Assembly (NCBI GenBank): GCA_012295275.1
Contig: CM022673.1
Span: forward strand, 4,898,001-4,962,000
Origin: Chrysomallon squamiferum
Taxonomy: Eukaryota; Animalia; Mollusca
DNA length: 64,000 nucleotides
Direction of reading: 5' to 3'
The position numbers and the translations under genes are program-made. The notes under the pieces were generated by a model. The model had not been told where the DNA came from. It worked only from the letters and a program-made list of their open reading frames with translations, and ran no database searches. Positions 1 through 13,200 of the stretch are shown here, piece by piece. Within the stretch, counting starts at the first letter, position 1. Every line of letters starts with the position of its first letter.

Positions 1-79
1 ATTTGCTGATGTTGTCAGAGGAAGCCCTCCATCAGAATTTACAGAGGCATCCAATGAGAAGGATGAGAAAATAAGACAT
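1..79 (+). CDS. AKAP9-like exon (partial), FADVVRGSPPSEF...KIRH
   Basis: Open frame from position 2, donor GTAAAA at 80, phase 0 matches next exon. Confidence 0.7.
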
Positions 80-213
80 GTAAAAATTTGAGAACATTTT
101 AAAAGTTTATTCTGTAGTAATAAAGTAATTAGGACATAACAGATTTAGTTGACAGAAATATTTCCGATTTTATTTCATTTGTTTATGTTACGATTTTATT
201 ATCATTACTATCA

Positions 214-254
<41 letters not shown>

Positions 255-3015
255 AATGTTATTGTATTGTTTTTTAAAATTCATTTCCTTATTTTATTTC
301 ATTCAATGTAATGTAATTTAATTTAATTTAATTTATTTTCAGCCTGACCATAAGTCATTGTGATTTATAGTGTTATATGTGATTCCATTTGCCTTTTAAA
401 CATAATGAATTTATTTTCAGTGTCAATTTTCTTTCATGACATTAATATTGTTTTTCATTTTATATTTTTGTATTTCATTATTATTATTTTATTTTTCTTC
501 TTCTACTTTTTCATTTATTTTATTTTACATTCAGCTTGAGGCCATGGTAAAAGATCTCTCCGAAAGGCTTCAGCAGTATGACACTGAGGAAGAGGTTTTG
601 ATTGGTCGACGTCAGCGAGAGTCTGCAGAAGACAGTAATTTAGTATCCATGCTCAAGTCAGATCTTGATAGAATTAGTGCTGAAAGGTTTGTGTTTGAAA
701 ATAAATATATCTTGCCACATTTAACAACAAACATTAGGCTAAAAAAAAAGAAAAGATAATAATAAATTTTGGTATGACCAACAATTTTAAAATGTTTTAA
801 TTGTGAAAACATGTAAATAAAGACCTTCTTAAAATAAAAACAATAAATGTATTTACTGTTTTTTACCAGCTGTAAGGATTTTATCCAAAAAATCTTTAAT
901 TTTGAAATAGTTTAGTAAATATATCTTGTTTCTAGAAACAAAAAAGGAAAGAAACAAAATGTGTGGTATGTTTTGAATTTTCAGATAAAAGAGACAAACA
1001 AAAATGGTAATGTTAAAACTGAAATTATAAATCCAAAATTATAATTTACCAAATAAGAACTTGGCTGTAAAATCTCAATTGCTTTTATTACTTTTCTAGG
1101 AATGCTGTTCAGAAAGCTAATGACCATCTTCTTCAGACACTGTCAGATTCAGTTAAAACCTGTATGGCAGTGGAGGAAAGAATTAACCGAAATTTGAGCA
1201 AAATATTGAATCAGTCTGCCCCCCAGCAACAAGCAGAAGAAAGACCTAGAGCAGGAGGATGGAGGGCAAATTACGAGAGTGACCACGATTTAGCACAAGA
1301 CAGGCGACTTCTAGAGGTTGCTCGTAGATCATCATCACCAAATGAACACGGTAACGAATTGTTTCTGTTTTCATTTTAAATAATGGAGAATATATTGACA
1401 AAATAATATAATGAAAATGATTAGCCCATTTGAATTTCAGTATTATTTTTCTGTATTAAATGTAACTGATAGTGTTGTCTGAAAAATATTAAGAATGTTG
1501 ATGGACTGGATTTATTGCAAAAAAGAAATTTTCTTTAAAGAATAGAAACATTTTAGATGATAATATACTTTGATAAGTGTGGACATATAGAATGAAAAAA
1601 AAATATCTTCATGACTGTATTACATTCTTAATTCATTTGATCATTTTTGAGATACATGTGTATTCAAAAATTTGAATGTGTATAAGCATTATAATTTTGT
1701 TTTCAACAATAACATTTACAGTCACTATACAGCTTTGTAACAGATTATAACTGAAGTAATTACAAAAATTATTTATTCTTAATGTTTATTTTATACATAA
1801 CATAAATCCAGTAACATTTAACATCTGATTAAAACACAGGTGATGTAAATGTGAGTCAGGACAGCAGCACTTTGGCTGAGACAAGCATCCTGTCACTGAC
1901 AACTGATGAGGGTCTGGATATGTCACAGAGGTTTACTGACTCCATCTTTACTGGTCCTGATCTAGAACCAGATGGTGAAGAAATAGTCTCAGGTAGGAAA
2001 TAATTTTATTTAAAAAATAAACCTTAATAAACCGCAGTCCATAGTCAACATTTCATGGTGTATATTAAGTATTTGTGTTGCCTATCTACCAAATATAATT
2101 GCTGTATTGTTGCCTAACTTTGAATATAAATAAACACTGCATATTTACTGGGAACATCTGAAGCTCAAACTACAAATAAATAAATATGCAAATTAAAATT
2201 CTTTCTTTTTTGTATATATTTCCAGAAAATAAAGTAACAGAAAATTGTTGTAACAAAAATAATGAGTTATATTTTTTCATTACAATTGCAGAAGCTAGGC
2301 TGCGTCTGCAAGAGTCTGTCAACAGACTTCTGGACATGATTGAGCAGACGACACAGCAGCTTCATGACATGAAAAAGACGCAGCAGGAACTCATGGAAGC
2401 TTTGTCTTCTCGCAGTCAAGACTTAGAGGCAGCCCAACACAGATGTGAGGAGCTGGAAGACAGATTGGGATCTGAAATCAGTGCTAAAGAATTCTTGGTC
2501 CTAGAACTCAGCAAGTCTGAAGGTTTGTACCAAAATATCTTTGTTTTGTTATAATTGGTTTTTGTTTTGTTGTTTGTTTTGTTTTTAAATTGTTGATTGT
2601 TTTTTTTTGTTGATTGTTTTTTTTGTTGGTTCAGTTTATTTGATATTATTTACTTTATTTACCTTTTATTATTGTTGTTGTTGTTATTTTGTTTGTTTTA
2701 CTTGGTCACATATTTGTTTTGTTTTCTTTGTGTTTTTTTGTTTTTTTATGGATTGTTGGTTATTTCGTATTTCAGTATATTTGAAGTCATTTTATTTTGG
2801 ATTTTGGGGTTTTTTGTTTTTGTTTAGATTTGATACTATTATTTTTTTTGAATATTATTTATTTATTTATTAGTTGTTAATTTATTTTACATTTTATTAA
2901 TTTATTTTTATCTTATTAAAAATACTAAAAAGGCTTTAATGTTTAAATAAAAAGAAGAATAGATCATAGATTTAGTTCACTAGATTTTTTTTTTCTGCTT
3001 TATGATATAAAGACC

Positions 3016-3059
<44 letters not shown>

Positions 3060-6000
3060 CCTTTCACATTTATGTATAAAGCATAACTGATTTATGAGGT
3101 TTTTGCTGAACCAGATTCAAATGTTTTTACTGAAGTTATTTCACTATGATTCCAAACATAAAAAATAAAAAATTAGTGATTAAAAAAAATGTTTTTAAAA
3201 TTATTTAATTTATTATTATTATTATTATTATTATTTTTTTTTATTATTATTTTTTTTAAATTTATTATTATTTATTTATTGTTTTTTTTAAATTGGGGTT
3301 TGTTTGTGGAATTAGATTTGAGGTTCATTTCATAAGCAGAAACATAAATATCTGGTGCAGAAAAATCCTGCAGTCTTTTCTCTTAGTGGTAGACATATAT
3401 TGCACTTGATAGGTTTGATATCTGGCTTCACGTCAGAACACGAGATGCTACAACAGAAGATTGAAGACTTGGAGGAGAAGAGGCAGTCCATGGCTCAGCA
3501 GCTGGAACTGACCCAGAACAGGCTGTATGCTCTGCAGAAGTCCCAGGACGAGGTAGAGCAGATGCGTACAAGACTGGAACGACAGCAGGCCATCCTGCAA
3601 GAAAACGTGGGCGAGGAAAATCAAGGTTTCAGGCCTTATGGGTTTTTACTAATTCCATTTGGGGTGTTTGTTGGTGCTTACTTGATACGTCAGTGGATGA
3701 CAAGATGATGATCGGTGTTCAATTTGTTTTTGTTTTGTTTTATTTTAAGAAAAATAAGAACAAGTAATTTTATCTTAATGGCAGAATAATAATACAGAAT
3801 CATTTTAATTCCATGGTGGATATATTATTATTGATGAATCATTACTCTTTAAATCCATATACAAAATATTTTAAATGGTATCTTTTAAAGAAACTGTTTG
3901 CTGATAATTTAGAATATGGTTACATATGTGGTTTCAGTTAATTAATGTTTGGCAGTGATTAACACCAGTAAACAAAGAGAAATGGGAATTGTGTTTTTCT
4001 CTTTGTGTTTTTCTCTTTGCCTAGCATGTTTTGTTCTTTCAGTTTTAACAATCAGGATTATGTGTTACTGCTCCACACTCTGTGGCGTATATATTAAATT
4101 TTACTGTTTGAAAATCCAGCATTACTAAAAGCATAATATTTTTGGAACATTTTACATTTTAATGGTAGATCTTTGTATTTCTGTCTAACATATTTTTCAT
4201 AATGGACTCTAACATAGTTTTGAGATAATAATTTTTTTTAGCTGACATATATATATAACATATTTTCTTTATGGTAATCATATTTACAGATTTGTAATGA
4301 CCTTGATAACTGTAGGGTTAATTTTACAAATGTTAGTGGTCAAGTATATATTATATTTTAATAGAAACACTTATCATTCATTGTAATTACACATATTAAA
4401 ATTCATTAATTGGGATTATAATGAACTTAACTTAAGATTACTTATTTTATTCCATTATGGTTATTGGTTGTTAACAATATGTTGAAATGTGGTTGTGATC
4501 ATTAAAGTTTAAAAATATTGACCAAATATATACTGCTTTTTGTTATTACTGTGGTGGAAGGGAATTATAGTATATTATAAGAAGAAGAAATATAGGTATT
4601 AAAATAATATGATGTGAATTATATAGTTCTCACAGGTTCTTTATGCTGTAAAATGAAGATAGGAGTTAGGACATCATACGCAGATAGAGCATGAATTAAC
4701 TGTATTTTAAAATTAATAATATTTGTTTATTAGGCCATGAGTCTAAGTTAGAAGACACACATAAAATGCAAATTAAGAATTTGATCTTATTGAGTCAAAT
4801 ATACACTAACTCATGCATCACTGTTGTAAACCTGAGTTCTGTGGGGTGGGAGGAAGAAAACAAAATAACTGTTTTAGCCAAATTAGGACTTGTGTGTAGT
4901 AATAATAAATATTAATACATGTATTTATACAGCACCACATACATATTACACATTATTTGGATAAGCAGTGCAGCCATATACCTTTATTTTTTGTGATCAT
5001 AACATTACAACTACATCAAGACAAGTAGCACTGATGTTACAAAGATCATATATTCAGATAATATAGTGTTCAGTGTTTCTTTTAATACTCTTTCTGCTTT
5101 GAGATTGTTCTTCCTGTCAGAACTCACTTAAACCTTTTGTAATTTAGCATGGCCTTTAGATAATGGAGATTGATGCATTTATGTGTGTGTTTTTTTGAAA
5201 TTAATAGTATAATTGTAGTGAATAAAAATGAAGTATGAAATTTAATTAGTCTGTTTAATTTTGATGCTAGTATAACTAAGGGAAAAATATGTGAAAAATA
5301 GTTATTAAACAGGTATAAAATATTTGACTTACATTTGATCTGTAATTGATCAACTAAAAAAAGAATAATTTCTTAGTGTAAAATAAGTACTAGTATATTT
5401 TCAGTTCTTTAAAAAATAGCTTTTTTATATTGTTTAATTTTAAAATAGTTGTCACAAATGTGATGTAAAATATCAGAATATATTTCAGAATTGTTTTAAG
5501 AAAAGAAATAAATCAATAATTAAGAAACAAATAAAATAAAATAATAAAAAAAAAAAAAAAATGGCGAAAAGGGAGCTTGTATTATTCAGCAGTGAAGGCT
5601 TATAGGACAACAGACACATGCAGAATCCTGTGCGCACCCCAGACTTCACCCTCTGTTTCATTATCACATTATTAATATTTGTGTGAGGCTCTTGAGAGAT
5701 TTTTCAGTAACGTGTGCTGATGCTTAAATGCTGAAGTTAAGGAAGATGTGAGGATTTTGTTAGTCAGGTAGTGGAGGTAAGGGAAATTACTCTGCCGGGA
5801 TTGGGTATAATTTTGCAAAATAACGATTAAAATTAAGATCAATGGTTCCTTTATTTCTTAGTTTAACAACAACTTTGATAAATAAATTGTTTTTCCAAAG
5901 GCAGAATTTATTTATTAAAGCTTCAGCTTGCTCTTGCTTTTTTAATCAGTCCTAAGTTGCTTAACTGAGATCTTGGTATTGGATTTTTATTGGTTTCATG

Positions 6001-6741
6001 GTTTCCACTGCTTTCATCCTTCTGTGTTCTTAATTTCTTCCCATGGCCTAACCAATGTGCATGTTGGTAAAGGTTTTATATAATAAATTATATTTAATAT
6101 TATATTAGAGTATTAACATGTAGTAAAAGTAAATATTTTATATTGACTTGATATAAACTAGATATATTTTATAGATTAGTTATGATTATTATTTAATAAA
6201 ATAAACAAGATATCTTCTTCTTACAGTAATTCTTTCAGTTATAAACAACAGATTATCATTGCTTTTCTTTTTTCTAAATGTTTTTTAAATCCTGTGAGTC
6301 TAATTTTTTTAAACTGTTTTTTGTTCAAAAATGGCATCAAAGATGAAATGTTTTAATTCTGAGCATTGATCTTGTTTCTTGTTACCAAATTCGTGTGTCA
6401 AGTAAGCACCAACAATTGTTGTTGTTATTTTTTTAGTTTGTTTGGTTTTTATTTACTTTATTTATTATATTAACAAGTTATATTTTGCATTTGTAAATAT
6501 TATTTCTGTAATAATAAAAAAGAATTTCTGTTCTAACATTTCAGAAGTGACTAAATTTCACCAGAATATATTTTGTAGTACATAATATTTTGTATAGTTG
6601 ATGCAAGTATTAATAACTATTATAATACATATAATTTTTTTACAGACACTTTCCCTTTTTAATTTATTGTTTTTATATGGTGGATGAAATAATTTTAAGT
6701 TTGCTTGGTCTTGAAAAAGGGTGCTTTTAAATTTTACAATT

Positions 6742-6776
<35 letters not shown>

Positions 6777-7212
6777 TATATTATTATTATTATTATTATT
6801 ATTATTAAATATGTATATATATATTTTTAAATTTAAAAACATTTCATTGCTTTGGCTCAAGGGTTATTATTCAAAGTCATACATGCAAAAATAAGGTAGC
6901 CTGAATATAAATTAAAGAACATATTTTTGCTAAAAATTTAAAAAAATTATTTTTGTTAGTAAGATAGTTCAAATGTTTTTATCCTGTATAATAGTTAAAT
7001 AGGTGTTGTTTGGGATTTGGTTTTATATATATATTTTTTCTATAGTCTTTCATATAAAAATAAGAATCTGTCAGTAAACTTTGTTTTTTAGGGTTTTTTC
7101 TGGTTTTATTATTATTTTAATAAAGTTCTGTATTTGTGTATATGTTTGTATAAACTCAGATACATCTTTTTTTATTATGAAAATAGATTTATTAAAAAAT
7201 AAATTTAAAAAA

Positions 7213-7245
<33 letters not shown>

Positions 7246-10200
7246 TTTAATACTTTAAAGAAACAGAAACAAGAAGATAAAATTAAAAAATGTTTAAATT
7301 ACAGATTTGTTAATTTCTGTAATAATCAGTATTTAATATTCTTAACATACTTTAAATAAAAATAAAATACTTTTATAACAGAACGTAAATACCTCAGTTA
7401 AAAATAAATAAATAAATAATAACACAGAAATAATAAAAAATGTCTTATTTGTAACAAGTCAAATTTGTTCTTAAAACTAAAGTAATAATTAAATGTAAAT
7501 AACAGTTAAAAAGTAATTAAATAAATTAATAATATAACAAAAACAAACAAATATATATATATATAATTAAAATAAATAAATAATATATACATAAGTACAT
7601 AAACAGAAAACAAATAATAACTTTATAGTTGTTTTGGTGTTTATTTTTAACCAATACTGCACACTAATCTAACACTAATCCAGAGTTACAACACTAATCT
7701 TTTGAATCAGTCATACTTTTTAATAGTATTTCTTTTAAATAATATTTCTTTTAAATATATTTTCATTTGTATTTAATTTTAAATATTTCAGTTACTCAAT
7801 ACACTGTGGATAAAATTCAATTTAAATGCATCTCCTAACATTTTTGTTTTTAAAATACTGCATTTTAAGAAGAACGACTGAAAATTATATACATACTTTA
7901 AATTATATTGTTTGGCTTTTCTATAAAAAAAAAACGCTGGATCATGGGTTACAATAAAGCTATTTATTTTAATTTTAATATTTTTTTTTATTCTAAACAA
8001 CATTTTTATCTACCTTTTTTTAATATTTAATTTTGTAATATTTTAGCTTATTTAATTAACATGCACTGCTACATATGCACATGCATAGAATTTTTCATTT
8101 CTTTTAATGCTTGCTTTAGTCTGTATATTAAGCTTTTTTTTATTATTATTATTTTTTTTTTACTAATGTACATTCTAATCAACGTCATGTTTAACTGTAA
8201 ATCTTTTTAAATATTAACTAGATATTAAATTAATTCCTTATATGCTTAATCCTTAATCCATTGTAAATTTATTTTTCATTATGATTTAATTCTTTGCACT
8301 AAATGTTGTATCTGTTTCTTAAATTTTCCAAAAAGAAAATATTTTCACTTATTTTTGCTTATAGTATGCTTTACTTTTAATAAGTAAACTTAATAGAAGC
8401 ACTGTGATGTTCCATTGATTTTCTCTCATACTTTGCTTTGATATATATAAAGAAAGTGTATCTAGATTATGCACTAGCCAATCACAGAAAATAATTTAAA
8501 CTATTTAATATTTGGTGGTATGTTCAAATGGCATAAACATATTTTGTGTACTTTGAAATTATTGTTTTATTTGTCTGTCGAACAATTTTTGCTAATAATG
8601 TACAGTACTAAAATTAATATCTTTCTGAAAATGTCAGAAGACAAAATGTCCCCTTTTATCATTTTATATTTAATTTAATTTACATGAAAATAAATTTGAT
8701 AGTTGAAGCTAATATAACAGTTAATTTATTTGTGTCTGTGAAGATCCCCAGTAACTACCAAAACAATATATTTTATGTGAATAAAATCTATTTAAGCCAT
8801 TTTGTTATGCCACCAGTTTTAGGAATAATTTTTTTTTTAATAGAATTAATTTGAAGAAGGATGTTTTAAGAAACATCTTTTTAAGAAACACCATTTCAAG
8901 AAAGGAGTTTTTATGAAGTATTACGTTAAAAAAGTATTTTTAAAGAAATATTTAAAAAAAAAAGGACATTTTAAGAACTGTTATGTTATGAAAGGAGTTT
9001 TTAAGAACTATTGTGTTATGCTTAGATTATTATTATCAGAATGGCATGTCATGTGTATTTCTGTCACTGTTGCATGATCAGTTGCTTTTCTGTATGCAGA
9101 AGTGGATAGCAGTGAACAAAACAAGGCGGACCCTGGTGATGATGATCCAGGTTGGTCAAAACAACACAGTATGCAGTACTCCAGATATATATACATATTT
9201 AACTGTTAATCCAGATTATCTCTTGTATGCCAATGTATAATACTATCTTTTGCACTTGATTCTGAAAAGCATAATTAATTATTTAAACACTGTATACTTC
9301 TGTTTTGAATGTTTTTTAAAATATTTTATGAGCTGAAAATAACATGCTTTTCTGAAAATATAGAGCATTTTCTTAGAATGGCATTCACAAAGTTGTATAT
9401 GAAAGCCGTTCTAATCATATTCTAATTAAAAATTATTATCTTATGTATGTCTAAGCTGTAATTATAAAATGGAATTCTAGTTAATCATCTCTTTCTCCTG
9501 CATTGTTTGTAATGCTTATTAACTTAAATGTACTAAATATTTCTAATTATTTTAAATGTCCTTTATTATTAATAAATAATTTTTTTTTTTTTTTTTTTTT
9601 TTTTTTGATGCTCTTATTTTAGTTCAGAACCACATTTTAATAGGGAAGAGCATAAAATAGAAAATAAAATAAATGTAGATGCTATTTGACTTTGTGAATG
9701 CTATTTTAAGCATTCTCTTTACATTAAAAAATTATTACAAAAGATTAATTGATTAAGTTTCAAGTAAAAACATTATTATTATTATTTAAGATGCTATCTG
9801 GAGCACTGTTTCAATTTTTTTTTTAAATATCATCTTTAAATAATATTAAAAAAGAATAATAACTATACAGTCGCAAATATTTTCCTTCTGAGAAACTTCT
9901 GATGCATTTCAATGCTTAACACATCTGCAGAGATCATTCTCAGCTTGTTTTATCATCACATCATCATTCATCATCAGCCATCCTTGTTAGTTTTGAAATA
10001 AAATAGTCATTGTATGTCTGTATTTTAGTTTTAGTTCTTGTCACAAGTTCTTATCATTCATTTATCGTCTTTAAAACATAGAAAAAATCATTTACTAAGA
10101 AATAATAGAAAAGTATTTGTTAATTCAATATTGTAAATATCATATTGTTTACTCATTTCATACAGTCTGCTTTGTTTTAGAAGCAATTTTTCAGTTTTAA

Positions 10201-13200
10201 GCTAAATGTTACATATAGCTTTAGATGCTACTTAAAGGTTTATAAAAATAATTTTATTTATTTATTTATTTATTATTTTTTTAAACCTTTTTTTTTTTAA
10301 CAAGTATATCTTAATATATTTATTTTAGATGCTGTACTGGTATTAGGTGAAACAAATCCATTTAAAAGTATTTATTAATGTATTTAGAATTTTGAAGCAT
10401 AATTGGTCTTAAAAGAAGTGTTGATATTAAAATAAATTAATATAGAATATAGATGGACTGTTGTTAGAAGCTTTTAGAGAAATTGTAGTATTCATATAAT
10501 GCAAATTTCGAAAACAAAAATCTGAGTTCATGGCTTTTTTGCATAGCAAGGTGATCTGGTATCTGTGCTCTATCAACATGTTAAAATAACAAAAAGCTAA
10601 AATCCTTGGCTACCAATAATAATAATAATAATAATAATAAATAATAATAATAATAATAATAATAATAATTTTAATAATTATAAAAATAATTATAGTAATA
10701 ATAATAATAAGAAGAAGAATTATAGTAATAGTAATAATAAAATTGCAAAAATAAAAATTAAATTTGTTTTTAAAAGGAAAAAACAAAAACAAAATAAAAA
10801 CGAAGACTCATAGTTCTATAAACCATAATGCAGATATTAAAAATAAACGTCTTTAAATTAATTATTCAATTAAAACTGGAAAATTAGCAGTACATATGAA
10901 ATACTTTATACAGAAATTATTCATGCATTTTCCCATTTACTGTTGAAAATGAAGGTGGTGTAGAAAGAAAAAGAACCACAAAACAAATAAATAAATTAAT
11001 TAATTGTATATTTTGTATTATGATATAAACCTTGTTTTTAAGGATATCAGTCTAAATACTTCTGCCAGCCATTTACTGTAAGTGATAAGTTAATTTTTTG
11101 TAACTACAGAAATAATGTTTCTGTGTTTTTCTGCATGTTAATTGTTTGCTGTGCTTCTTGTTTGACAGTGTTTGAATCACAACATTTTTTGCACACTTCT
11201 GTTTTTAAAATCGACCATAATAGTTATTGGCACAACCCGACAATTCCTGTTTATTGTCTGTTAAATTTAATTTAATTTATAATTTTGTAATTTTATTTTA
11301 TTTGTCTATTTATGTTCTTACATATTTATTTATTTGTCTATTTATGTTCTTACATATTTATTTATTTGTCTATTTATGTTCTTTCATATTTATTTATTTT
11401 AAATTGAGAAAAATAAATGACATAGTTTAATATTTGAATTAATTACCCTGATGTGGAAGATAGCTTTAGATTTAAATTTAGTGTTGTAATTAAATAATTT
11501 AACAAAAAATAAAGAAATAAAGAAAATACAAATGACTATATATAGTTTAGGTTTTTTAAAGTTTAGTTTTCTAATAAATGGGTGAAAGTATAAACTAAAA
11601 AACCCACACCTAAAATGTCCAGTGTGTGCTTATAAATTGTTATAATTGTATAAATTTGTTATTTTATTTATTTATTTACTTATTATTATTATTGTTATTT
11701 ACTGATACAGATTAATTAGTCATCTAAAATCTTCCATCAATGCATTCACACATCATTTCATTCCATTTTCCATTTTCATATTATTAGTTAACTAACGTTT
11801 TCATCAGTTAGTTAATCAACATTGTCATCAGATTTTCATCTTTCATCTCATCCACATCATAAAATAGACATTCATCATTCATTCAAGTTAATTACAAACA
11901 TTTTCATTCATTTTGTTTTTGCTATCATCCAAATTACAAATTTAATAAATATATTGATTATCTCCCTCACAATAGCTCTCTTAAGTGAAGTTACCATGCT
12001 CAGTGTGGAGAAGCAGAAACTGGAGGAACACACCCAGCACCAGATCTACAAGTTCCAAGCTCGTATGCAGGATCTGGAGTCAGTGTCTGAAGAACAGGAG
12101 AGACATCACGAGGACCAGTTAAAAGAGTGCAGACAGGAGATAGAGGACTTGAAGATGAAGCTTGAGAAAGTGGAGAGACAGTTCAGAGCCAACAAGCAGT
12201 TTCTGGATGTAAGTATGATGACAATACAGACTATGAAATAGAGATAAAAATTATTTTCAGTTTGTTATTCGATATTTAAACAGTTGTTGACTCTCTCATG
12301 ATTTTGTCTGTCTTCAAAGTGAAAAAAAAGGAAAGGAAATCGTTTTCAGATTATTGTTTTTAATATTTAACAGTTTTACTTCTTGACTCTTTCATCACAA
12401 CATCTGTCTTCATAGTAAAATAAAAAATGAAAATTATTTTTAATGTATTATTCAGTGTTTAACAATTTCAGTTATTGAGCTCTTTATGGCAGCATATATC
12501 TACTTACAAAAATAAAATAAAAAATAAATTAATTTCAATATGTTATTTAATATTAAACAATTTAAATCACTGATCCCATCATAGTAGGATCAATCATCAT
12601 AGGTTTTTGCCATCTGTCTGTTTAATAATAATAATAATGAAGATGATGATGAAGATGATAATAAGCATCATTTGAGAAAAGTAACTGAAGGATTTGTATA
12701 TAACAGGATCAGACTTTGGAACGAGAACTGGAACGTGATGAGTTTCAGCGAGATATTGACAAACTACGACAACAGTTACATGACAAAGCCAAACAAGGCA
12801 ACACAGAAGACAGACTTCAAATGGAGGTAAGAGTTGGTTGCAGAAGACAAAAAAAAAAAAAAAAAATTCAAAAATTCTCCCCCAAACCACACAGATCTGA
12901 AGTGAAAAGAACTGGGGAAAAAATAGCTAATAATTCAGCAAATAATTATAAAGATAATAATAAAAAAACATATTGTAAAAATAATATGGATTCATTTTAT
13001 CATTTAGAATGTGGAGTAATGTTGCATCTTCAGATTCATATGTAACATCATTACCTTTGTATATAAAATCAAGTGGCTGATAATTTATGGATTTATTTTC
13101 TAAATTAAAATTTTGGACGTGATAACACAACTTTGATAGCTGTTTATCAGTGCATGAATATCATTATTAGTTATATAAAATTGTGAAATAATTATATTTC

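Noticed and set aside
2597-2873. Hydrophobic F/L/C-rich ORFs resembling membrane proteins
   Set aside because: T-rich low-complexity intron sequence with no splice or codon support
11297-11392. 32-bp triple tandem repeat
   Set aside because: Ordinary AT-rich local duplication with no further signal
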